The notes below the pieces were generated by a model that worked only from the letters and a program-made list of their open reading frames with translations, was not told the DNA's origin and made no database searches. From Actinomycetota bacterium (lineage in GTDB: Bacteria > Actinomycetota > Actinomycetes > S36-B12 > CAIYMF01): a stretch of 64,000 nt of DNA. Shown here one piece after another: positions 48,151 through 56,329 of this stretch (position 1 is its first letter; each line of letters begins with the position of its first letter). The stretch is taken from NCBI GenBank assembly GCA_947455705.1, contig CANGPO010000002.1, positions 63,170-127,169 on the forward strand, written 5' to 3'. The translations under genes and the position numbers were made by a program.

Positions 48151-49763
48151 TCACCTTCGATGACGTAAGCATCACCTACAGCGGTGCCGCGGAGCCTGTC
48201 CTGGCCAACGTTAATCTGACCATCCCAGAAGGTGAACTGGTTCTCGTTGTTGGCCGAACCGGGTCAGGTAAGTCGACGCTTCTCAAATGCGTGAACGGCT
48301 TGGTACCGCACTTCACCGGCGGCACTTTGCGTGGCCGCGTCACAGTTGCGGGCCGAGATACACGCACCCATCCCCCACGGGAGTTGGCTGATGTCGTCGG
48401 CATCGTTCCACAAGACCCCATGAGCGGATTTGTCACTGACGTCGTCGAAGACGAACTCGCTTACGGCATGGAATCACTTGGTTTAGCTCCTGACGTCATG
48501 CGTCGACGGGTGGAAGAAACCCTTGATCTGCTTGGCTTGGCGCATCTTCGCAACCGGGCGCTGCTATCACTGTCCGGTGGCGAGCGTCAGCGAGTTGCGA
48601 TTGGCGCAGTTCTCACAACACATCCATCTGTTCTCGTCCTCGACGAACCCACCTCAGCCCTTGACCCGGGCGCTGCAGAGGAGGTCCTCGCCGCACTTCA
48701 ACGGCTTGTCCATGATTTGGGCGTCACGGTCTTGCTGGCCGAGCACAGACTCGAACGGGTTGTGCAATATGCAGATCGAGTCATCGTCGTTGGTGGAGCT
48801 GGTGAACCTATTCGTATGGGGACACCTGACGAAATCATGATTGACGCACCCGTTGCTCCTCCCGTGGTCGAGCTTGGGCGGCTAGCCGGCTGGGATCCAC
48901 TACCGCTATCTGTTCGCGACGCCCGACGCTGTGCGACCCCACTGCGTGAACGTCTTGAGCCGTTCGTCGCATCAATCAGTGGCGAACTCAACGTGTACGG
49001 AGATCAAGCATTCTCGATGTCCGATGCGATCGTTCGCCATGGTCATACGCTGGCATTGCGCGGAGTTTCGATCACCGCTCACGCAGGTGAAATCGTCGCT
49101 GTCATGGGACGTAATGGTGCCGGCAAGTCAACACTGCTCGGCACCCTCGTCGGATTACACGGCCTGAATGGTGGAACCGCCATCGTCGGTAACGCAGCGC
49201 CTGCATCACTTCGCGGACGTGACCTCGTAACCCGGGTCGGGCTGGTCCCTCAGGATCCGACGCACCTTCTCGTGGCCGATAGCGTTCACGATGAATGCAT
49301 TGCCACCGATCGCGATTGCGGCCTTCCGGTCGGTACCACGCGTCAAACCCTCGACAGTCTGGCACCCGGTATCGCTGACGACATGCATCCGCGTGACCTA
49401 TCCGAGGGGCAGCGCTTGGCTTTGGCACTGGCGATCGTGCTCGCGGCGGATCCGCCGATCGTTCTACTCGATGAGCCAACACGCGGCCTGGACTATCCGG
49501 CCAAGCAACAACTAGTTTCGATCCTGCAATCCCTTGCGCATGAAGGCCGTTGCGTCCTTCTGGCCACCCATGACGTCGAACTCGCGGCCGATGTTGCAAC
49601 TCGTGTGATCGTGCTCGCCGACGGCGAAATTGTTGCCGATGGCCCTGCACCCGATGTCGTCATTGGCTCGCCGATGTTCGCACCACAAGTAAGTAAAGTG
49701 CTCTCACCTCAACCCTGGTTGACAGTTGCGCAAGTCGCTCGAGCACTTGAGCCGGCATCGTGA
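48147..49763 (+). CDS. ecfA: ECF transporter duplicated ATPase (A-A')
   Basis: Two cassettes: GRTGSGKST/LSGGERQR/LDEPT and GRNGAGKST/LSEGQR/LDEPT. Confidence 0.93.
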   Translation: MITFDDVSITYSGAAEPVLANVNLTIPEGELVLVVGRTGSGKSTLLKCVNGLVPHFTGGTLRGRVTVAGRDTRTHPPRELADVVGIVPQDPMSGFVTDVVEDELAYGMESLGLAPDVMRRRVEETLDLLGLAHLRNRALLSLSGGERQRVAIGAVLTTHPSVLVLDEPTSALDPGAAEEVLAALQRLVHDLGVTVLLAEHRLERVVQYADRVIVVGGAGEPIRMGTPDEIMIDAPVAPPVVELGRLAGWDPLPLSVRDARRCATPLRERLEPFVASISGELNVYGDQAFSMSDAIVRHGHTLALRGVSITAHAGEIVAVMGRNGAGKSTLLGTLVGLHGLNGGTAIVGNAAPASLRGRDLVTRVGLVPQDPTHLLVADSVHDECIATDRDCGLPVGTTRQTLDSLAPGIADDMHPRDLSEGQRLALALAIVLAADPPIVLLDEPTRGLDYPAKQQLVSILQSLAHEGRCVLLATHDVELAADVATRVIVLADGEIVADGPAPDVVIGSPMFAPQVSKVLSPQPWLTVAQVARALEPAS

Positions 49764-50629
49764 CGTCAACGATCGTCCACGTTGAGCCAGCCACGACGAC
49801 GCGTCAATCCGTGCACATTGGCCGACGTACAGGTATCGCTCTCGCCGCGGCATCTTTTTTCGGACTCTTTGCTTTCCTATGGCCACTGATTGGTGCGGCA
49901 GACTCGACCGCGATCACGCATGCGTCGGAAACCCCGTGGCTGTTCGCAGTACTGCTTCCGTTAGTGATTGCAGTCGTTCTCGCCGATATGGCTGACGGCG
50001 GATTGGATGCCAAAGGGATCGCGCTCATCGGGGTGCTGTCTGCTGTCGCCGCGGCCCTGCGGCCATTCGGGGGTGGGCATGCCGGCTTCGAACCCATGTG
50101 GATCGTCATCATCCTCGGTGGTCGAGTGCTGGGGCCCGGTGCCGGATTTGGGATCGGCGCAATCGGCATGTTTGCCTCCGCCCTTCTCACCGGTGGTGTC
50201 GGCCCGTGGCTCGCATTTCAGATGATCGCTGCCGGCTGGGTTGGTCTCGGCGCGGGCCTACTCCCACGGGCAAAAGGAAAGTCTGAACTTGTGTTACTCA
50301 CCATCTACGGCGCCGTCGCCTGCATCGCTTACGGATTCTTACTGAACCTGTGGTTCTGGCCTACCGTCACGGTTTCGGGAAGTCTGCCGGCAGCCATCAG
50401 CTTCGTTCCTGGCGCCGGCTTCATCATCAATCTGCGGCACTGGCTGGCATTCTGCGTTGCAACGTCTCTGGGCTTCGACATTCCACGTGCGATCCTGACC
50501 GCCGTCCTGATCATCGTGGCGGGACGACCCATCCTTAATGCGCTGCGACGAGCCTCACGACGTGCAGCATTCGACGTACCCGTTTCGTTCGTCTCTCCGC
50601 AGCTATCGCCGTCTGCACCACGTCACTAG
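49760..50629 (+). CDS. cbrT: ECF S component, CbrT-like (cobalamin)
   Basis: AALRPF, GPWLAFQMIAAGWVG, FDIPRA pattern; riboswitch-controlled context. Confidence 0.82.
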   Translation: MTSTIVHVEPATTTRQSVHIGRRTGIALAAASFFGLFAFLWPLIGAADSTAITHASETPWLFAVLLPLVIAVVLADMADGGLDAKGIALIGVLSAVAAALRPFGGGHAGFEPMWIVIILGGRVLGPGAGFGIGAIGMFASALLTGGVGPWLAFQMIAAGWVGLGAGLLPRAKGKSELVLLTIYGAVACIAYGFLLNLWFWPTVTVSGSLPAAISFVPGAGFIINLRHWLAFCVATSLGFDIPRAILTAVLIIVAGRPILNALRRASRRAAFDVPVSFVSPQLSPSAPRH

Positions 50630-50644
50630 CTGACCGTTCACGCT

Positions 50645-52063
50645 ATGGACATCACCGTTCTTGGAACCGGGTCAGCTGACGGCTGGCCGAACCCATGGTG
50701 TTCGTGTATGACATGCGCGTGGGCCAGAAGTAACAACGAACTCCGCGAGCCAACGGCGCTATTGATTGATCAGCGGCTTCTCATCGACTTTGGGCCGACG
50801 GTGGGGGGTGCGGCAGAACGCGCTGGCGTTAGCCTGATCGACGTCGACACAGTCTTGATCACCCATGCACATTTCGATCATCTAGCTCCACAGCATCTCT
50901 TAACGCGTTCGTGGATCAAAGCCGATAAACCACTTCGCATCATTGGCCCCGTCAGTGTGATGAATGCGATTGAACACTGGATCGGTCCAAACGATCCAGT
51001 GACTCTGCATCCGATAGCCGCGGGTCAGATCATCGAGTTAGACGGGCAGTTGACGGGAACGACTGTGCGCGCATTGGCATCGTCGCACTTCGATGGCGCC
51101 GACGCGCTGGGTGCTGATGCGGTGTTGTTTGACGTTACGACGGCTGACGGTAAGCGTCTGCTCTACGCGACCGACACGGGCCCACTGCCGCAGGTATGTG
51201 TTGAGGCAGTGCGCAATGCCGAATTCGATGTCGCGTTCATCGAGGAAACCTTTGGCCATCACACCAATCACATGACTGGCCATCTCGACCTAGCTACGTT
51301 TCCTGAAGAGCTTGAGCGACTTCGTTTAGTGAATGCAATCACCAGCAACACCCACGTCATTGCCGTACATCTGTCACATCACAATCCACCAGGTGACTTA
51401 CTGTCTGAACAGTTGGCGCAGTGGGGTGTGCACATCGTTACTGATGGAACTCAACTTTCGATCCCACCGGTGGTACAGGGGACGCATTCAACATGGGAGA
51501 AGCTGTTGTCGAACCCACCTCGGCGCACACTCGTCACGGGCGGTGCGCGATCTGGAAAATCACAACGCGCCGAAGCACTTCTCGCCGATGTGACGAACGT
51601 CCGCTACATCGCCACCAGTGGTTCTCGCAGCGATGATTCAGATTGGATGCAGCGAGTTGCTATCCATCAGGGCCGGCGCCCGTCAACCTGGCTCACGGTG
51701 GAAACCCTCGACCTCGTCGGCGAACTATCCAAAGATGATCCGCGACCGATCTTGATCGACTGCCTATCTCTCTGGTTGACCGGCACGATGGATCGTTATC
51801 AGATCTGGGAAACCACCTCGCAATCAGCACAACGACAGCATGCCCTTGCAGCGATAGAGGCTGACGTGTCCGCCCTCGTCGAGGCGGTCCGCAACGTCCA
51901 GGTCGACACGGTGATCGTTACGAATGAGGTAGGTAGCGGGATCGTGCCCGAACATGAGTCGGGCCGACTATTCCGCGATCTACTCGGGCGATTGAACGCA
52001 CATGTGGCAGCCTCATGTGATGAGGTTGAGTTAGTTGTCGCCGGACGGGTGATCACACTATGA
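50645..52063 (+). CDS. cobU: Fusion: PhnP-like metallo-beta-lactamase-fold phosphodiesterase (about aa 1-285) + CobU adenosylcobinamide kinase/guanylyltransferase
   Basis: GTGSADGWPNPWCSCMTC, THAHFDH, ATDTG, HLSH; then TLVTGGARSGKS, YIAT, RVAIHQGRR, LIDCLSLW, VTNEVGSGIVP and LNAHVA. Confidence 0.92.
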   Translation: MDITVLGTGSADGWPNPWCSCMTCAWARSNNELREPTALLIDQRLLIDFGPTVGGAAERAGVSLIDVDTVLITHAHFDHLAPQHLLTRSWIKADKPLRIIGPVSVMNAIEHWIGPNDPVTLHPIAAGQIIELDGQLTGTTVRALASSHFDGADALGADAVLFDVTTADGKRLLYATDTGPLPQVCVEAVRNAEFDVAFIEETFGHHTNHMTGHLDLATFPEELERLRLVNAITSNTHVIAVHLSHHNPPGDLLSEQLAQWGVHIVTDGTQLSIPPVVQGTHSTWEKLLSNPPRRTLVTGGARSGKSQRAEALLADVTNVRYIATSGSRSDDSDWMQRVAIHQGRRPSTWLTVETLDLVGELSKDDPRPILIDCLSLWLTGTMDRYQIWETTSQSAQRQHALAAIEADVSALVEAVRNVQVDTVIVTNEVGSGIVPEHESGRLFRDLLGRLNAHVAASCDEVELVVAGRVITL

Positions 52064-53211
52064 ATGAGGGGCCTGACGTGGCTGGCTTAGAGCCGATCGA
52101 CATCCCAGATCTGTGCAGCCGGATCGAGCGTCCCGATCACACGTTTGTGAATGCCGCCAAGCAACGACAGGAAACCCTCACCAAACCCAGCGGTGCCCTT
52201 GGCAAACTCGAGGACTTGTCCGCATGGCTGTGTTCGGTTCAAGGTCAATGCCCGCCTCGACCACTAGATCGAGTCCGCGTTGTCATCTTTGCTGGCGATC
52301 ATGGGATCGCACGGACCGCGCAGACCAGCGCCTACCCACCCGAGGTCACCGCGCAGATGGTGATGAACTTCATCGCCGGTGGGGCGGCAGTTAACGTACT
52401 TGCACGACAAAACAACGCGTCGGTACGCATCGTCGACATGTCGGTCGATGCCGACTACGAAGCACTGGGCATGGCCGTCCCCGACGACGTCACCCGCTAC
52501 AAGGTGCGTCGATCCTCAGGATCAATCGATCGCGAGGATGCGCTTACGTACGAGCAGGCACAGCAAGCATTTGCAGCGGGGGTGGCAGTCGCCAACGAAG
52601 AGATCGACGCTGGAGTCGACCTCTTGATTCCCGGCGATATGGGTATCGGAAACACCACCCCGGCAAGCACCATCATCGCGCTCTACACAAATCTCGATGC
52701 TGCCTCGGCTGTCGGGCGCGGAACCGGTATCGATGACCTGACCTGGATGCGTAAGACCGCTGCCGTGCGCGATGCGATGCGTAGGGCGAAGCCGATCAAA
52801 GCCGACCCCATGAAACTCCTTGCCGCAGTGGGCGGAGCCGATATCGCAGCTATGACGGGTTTCTTGATGGGTGCATCTGCTCGCAAGACTCCGGTGCTGC
52901 TGGACGGGATCGTTTCAACCGCCGCCGGTTTACTGGCCCAGCGACTCACTTATCGATCCACTGAATGGTGGCAGGCCGGCCACCGCTCAACTGAACCCGC
53001 ACAGCAAAAGGCACTCGACCAATTCCCCTTGGTGCCCATCGTCGATTACGAGCTGCGTCTCGGCGAAGGAACGGGTGCACTCATTGCACTGCCAGTCTTG
53101 CGCGCAGCAGGAAATACCTTGCGCGAGATGTCCACGTTCACGCAAGCCGGAGTTTCCAATCGCGGCAGCGCAATGGAAGATTCTCCCGACGCTGCTCCCA
53201 TCGAGCTCTGA
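52060..53211 (+). CDS. cobT: Nicotinate-nucleotide-dimethylbenzimidazole phosphoribosyltransferase
   Basis: TKPSGALGKLE, FAGDHG, GDMGIGNTT, GGADIAA and LRLGEGTG. Confidence 0.96.
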   Translation: MNEGPDVAGLEPIDIPDLCSRIERPDHTFVNAAKQRQETLTKPSGALGKLEDLSAWLCSVQGQCPPRPLDRVRVVIFAGDHGIARTAQTSAYPPEVTAQMVMNFIAGGAAVNVLARQNNASVRIVDMSVDADYEALGMAVPDDVTRYKVRRSSGSIDREDALTYEQAQQAFAAGVAVANEEIDAGVDLLIPGDMGIGNTTPASTIIALYTNLDAASAVGRGTGIDDLTWMRKTAAVRDAMRRAKPIKADPMKLLAAVGGADIAAMTGFLMGASARKTPVLLDGIVSTAAGLLAQRLTYRSTEWWQAGHRSTEPAQQKALDQFPLVPIVDYELRLGEGTGALIALPVLRAAGNTLREMSTFTQAGVSNRGSAMEDSPDAAPIEL

Positions 53212-53219
53212 CCGCATCC

Positions 53220-54032
53220 ATGCCAGATTCGATCCGTCTCGCCTTCGGCACCCTGACCCGCCTTCCGGTCCCAGCGCCTCGCAGCGTTGACCGGAACACC
53301 GCACGTGGAGCAATGATTCTCGCTCCACTGGTTGGCCTGCTCCTTGGTGGAATTGCCGTGGTCGTCCTCGACGCAGTACGCGTGCTTGCAGCGAACGATC
53401 ATGCAAAATCTCTGGTCGATCTCTTGGCAGCGACGCTAGCTATCGCAGTCTTGGCGTTCATGACTCGCGGATTACATCTCGATGGTCTGGCCGACACCTT
53501 TGATGCTCTCGGAGTCAAAGGGCCGAACAACGACGCCATTCGCACCAAGCGGCTCGCGGTGATGCGGTCACCCGAGATCGGCGCTTTCGGCGTCATTGCT
53601 GTCGTGTTGTGCCTGCTCATTCAAATCGCGGCACTCGCGACCTGCGTCGCGACGGGTCTTGGCTCATTTGGCTTGCTCACCGCCGCGATGGCGTCCCGTC
53701 TCGCACTCACCTTGAGTTGCCGACCCGGGGTCACGTCTGCGCGACCTGATGGCCTTGGGGCTGCTGTCGCCGGCAGCGTGCCAACCGCGATCGGAGCCAT
53801 CGTTGCGCTGGTGACGGTGGGAACGGCCGTTGTCTTCGGGCGACTTGATGACGATGCAAGCCTGCGGACGGTCATCGCCCTTGGCGCGTCGGTCCTGGTT
53901 GCGATCGCGGTCGGGCAACTTTCGCTTCGCTTTTTCACCCGCACCTTCGGCGGTCTGACCGGAGATGTCTTGGGTGCCGTTACTGAAATCTCGATGATGG
54001 CTGCCCTACTCACGACGGCGTTTATCTTCTGA
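53220..54032 (+). CDS. cobS: Cobalamin synthase
   Basis: TLTRLP, TRGLHLDGLADTFD, MRSPEIGAFG and GGLTGDVLGA. Confidence 0.95.
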   Translation: MPDSIRLAFGTLTRLPVPAPRSVDRNTARGAMILAPLVGLLLGGIAVVVLDAVRVLAANDHAKSLVDLLAATLAIAVLAFMTRGLHLDGLADTFDALGVKGPNNDAIRTKRLAVMRSPEIGAFGVIAVVLCLLIQIAALATCVATGLGSFGLLTAAMASRLALTLSCRPGVTSARPDGLGAAVAGSVPTAIGAIVALVTVGTAVVFGRLDDDASLRTVIALGASVLVAIAVGQLSLRFFTRTFGGLTGDVLGAVTEISMMAALLTTAFIF

Positions 54033-54061
54033 GAAGAGTCGCAAGCACGTCTGCTCGGGGG

Positions 54062-54099
54062 CAGGCGAACGACGATTTCCACCGGCAGTTCGCCTGTTT
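54062..54099 (+). terminator. Terminator after cobS
   Basis: CAGGCGAAC/GTTCGCCTG stem (long loop) followed by TTT. Confidence 0.6.
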
Positions 54100-54115
54100 G
54101 TGACTCAGTTCACCG
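54098..54115. promoter_or_regulatory. Rex/CRP-type box 1 upstream of the small membrane protein
   Basis: TTGTGAC-TCAG-TTCACCG. Confidence 0.55.
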
Positions 54116-54174
54116 GGACTTTGCATCAAACGTGGCTCAGATCACGCGAAATTGGTCAGGAGCACTCTCAGACT

Positions 54175-54192
54175 TTGAGAAAATTTTCACAT
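54175..54192. promoter_or_regulatory. Rex/CRP-type box 2 overlapping the start codon of the small membrane protein
   Basis: TTGAGAA-AATT-TTCACAT (2 mismatches to TTGTGAA-N4-TTCACAA). Confidence 0.55.
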
Positions 54193-54406
54193 GAGCACAA
54201 CAACTAACGAATCCGTCACCGAATCCACCATCAATCTGGATGTCACCTCCGCCGTGGCCACCACCGCTGCTGCCGATCAGGCTGCTGCAAAGGCTGCGCA
54301 GGCAAAGCGTGACGCCAACTTCTTCAACCTTGGCTACGGCCTGCTGATCTTCGGAGCAATCATGGCTCTCGTCGTGCTTGGCCTCGTCGCCTTCCACAAC
54401 GCCTGA
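54191..54406 (+). CDS. Small single-pass membrane protein (71 aa), unknown function
   Basis: Thr/Ala-rich N-terminus, C-terminal TM helix (LGYGLLIFGAIMALVVLGLVAF), flanked by terminators. Confidence 0.75.
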   Translation: MSTTTNESVTESTINLDVTSAVATTAAADQAAAKAAQAKRDANFFNLGYGLLIFGAIMALVVLGLVAFHNA

Positions 54407-54439
54407 TCCACAAACGGCGAGTAATCGCACCATGCACTC

Positions 54440-54471
54440 ACACGCTGGCCGGTCATAACCGGCCAGCGTGT
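54440..54471 (+). terminator. Hairpin terminator after the small membrane protein
   Basis: Perfect 14-bp stem ACACGCTGGCCGGT-CATA-ACCGGCCAGCGTGT. Confidence 0.75.
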
Positions 54472-54510
54472 CGTGCGTTGAAAGGCCCCTTGTAGGACGA
54501 CCATGACGAT

Positions 54511-55071
54511 GTGGACTTCACTCATTGGTCGCATCCGTTCGCCTTCGATATCCCGCTGCTGGAAAAAGTTCTTCGGACTTTAGTCGTCTACGCAGCGATC
54601 GTGATCTTGCTGCGTGTCATGGGCAAACGAAACCTTGCGCAGGTAAACACCTTCGATTTGGTCGTCATCTTTCTGTTGTCCAACGTCGTACAGAACGCGA
54701 TCATCGGGCCGGACAATTCGCTATCCGGTGGGATCGTTGGCGCAGTCGTACTCATCGTCGTCAATAACCTCGTGGTACGCCTCGCGGCCAGACATGATCG
54801 CCTTTCCCGCTGGCTTGACGGTGAACCAACTGAACTCGTGCACGACGGCGTGTTCGATGACACGGCCGTCTCAGGATTGGGCTTGCGCGAGGCCGATGTC
54901 ATGGCCTCCCTGCGACATCAAGGCGTGTCAGATCTTCATGACGTACACACCGCGACCCTTGATCCCAATGGCGCTATTACGGTGAGTTTGGAGCCGTCAG
55001 CCCAACCTGCTACCAAGGCGGATATCGATGCGATCATGCGTCGATTAGACCAACTTCAACCACACGCTTAG
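54511..55071 (+). CDS. DUF421/YetF membrane protein
   Basis: LRVMGKRNLAQVNTFDLVV, NVVQNA, DGEPTELVHDG and ATLDPNGAITV. Confidence 0.88.
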   Translation: MDFTHWSHPFAFDIPLLEKVLRTLVVYAAIVILLRVMGKRNLAQVNTFDLVVIFLLSNVVQNAIIGPDNSLSGGIVGAVVLIVVNNLVVRLAARHDRLSRWLDGEPTELVHDGVFDDTAVSGLGLREADVMASLRHQGVSDLHDVHTATLDPNGAITVSLEPSAQPATKADIDAIMRRLDQLQPHA

Positions 55072-55082
55072 TGGCAGTTCAC

Positions 55083-56201
55083 TTACCGCGGATTGGCGGT
55101 CACAAACGGTGGAGCGGTGACGGTGTAACGTCCCGGCCGGCCGCGTACGTCAACGATAACGTCCGATCCGATCACCACACCGGCATCGGCGTTGATCAGA
55201 GCCAAGGCAATCCCCTGCTTCAATGTGGGACTGAAGGTGCCGCTGGTCACTTCACCAATCACCGCACCGGCGTCGTCAAGAACGTTCATATGTTGACGCG
55301 GAATTCCACGCTCGAGAGCCAGTAAGCCCACCATCGATCGACGTGCTCCCGATGACTTCTCCGCGACGAGCGCATCTCGACCATGGAATGCCGGCTTCGA
55401 CCAGCCAACCGCCCAACCCGCACGAGCCTGAACCGGTGAGATCTCCGGCGACAGGTCCTGACCATGCAGCGGATATCCCATCTCAGTTCTCAAGGTGTCG
55501 CGCGCTCCCAGACCACACGGCAGGATCCCAAATGCGCCTCCCGCCTCGATCAGTGCATCCCAGAGCGCACCGGCAGCACCGATGGGGATCACGAGTTCAT
55601 ACCCGTGTTCACCCGTGTAGCCGGTGCGACACACGATCACCTCTGCACCATCGAACTCGCTCTTCGCGAACGACATGTAGTCGAGCTCGGTGGGCAAACT
55701 CAGCGCCGTTAACACGTCAGTCGATCGCGGACCTTGCACCGCGAGAACCGCAAACTCACGATGCAGATTCGTGATCGTGAGACCTGGCGGGACAACCGAT
55801 TCAAGTACGTCGACGACCTGCGCGGTGTTGGACGCATTCGGGATGAGGAACACATCGTCAGGACCATTGAGGTAGGCGATCAGGTCATCGATCACTCCAC
55901 CCGCGTCGTTACATAGCAGCGTGTACTGCGCCTGACCCGGTTCGATCCGGCCGAGGTCATTGGTGAGGACTGAGTTAAGGAAATCCGCAGCACCTGCCCC
56001 CACGACGGCGGCCTTGCCAAGATGCGATACGTCAAAGACCCCAACACCCTCGCGAACCGCTGCATGTTCAGCAACGGTGCCCGAGTACTCGATGGGCATG
56101 AGCCAGCCACCGAAATCCCCCAACTTGGCACCCAGCGCTACATGTCGATCGTGCAGGGGTGAATGTAGTTCGGCAGAGGTCGTCTCTTCTCTATCAGTCA
56201 C
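55083..56201 (-). CDS. gcvT: Glycine cleavage system T protein
   Basis: [47 protein letters not shown] and VTSGTFSP. Confidence 0.97.
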   Translation of the reverse strand: MTDREETTSAELHSPLHDRHVALGAKLGDFGGWLMPIEYSGTVAEHAAVREGVGVFDVSHLGKAAVVGAGAADFLNSVLTNDLGRIEPGQAQYTLLCNDAGGVIDDLIAYLNGPDDVFLIPNASNTAQVVDVLESVVPPGLTITNLHREFAVLAVQGPRSTDVLTALSLPTELDYMSFAKSEFDGAEVIVCRTGYTGEHGYELVIPIGAAGALWDALIEAGGAFGILPCGLGARDTLRTEMGYPLHGQDLSPEISPVQARAGWAVGWSKPAFHGRDALVAEKSSGARRSMVGLLALERGIPRQHMNVLDDAGAVIGEVTSGTFSPTLKQGIALALINADAGVVIGSDVIVDVRGRPGRYTVTAPPFVTANPR

Positions 56202-56329
56202 GGCACTAACTTACTCGCCAAATACCGCCTTACTCGCGAAACACTGTCGACGGATTGTTGGACGCGCGCCGCACAGCCCACCCCAAACAGGTAAGTTGCT
56301 CATGAGATCCCTTCACCTTAGGAGTGCAC

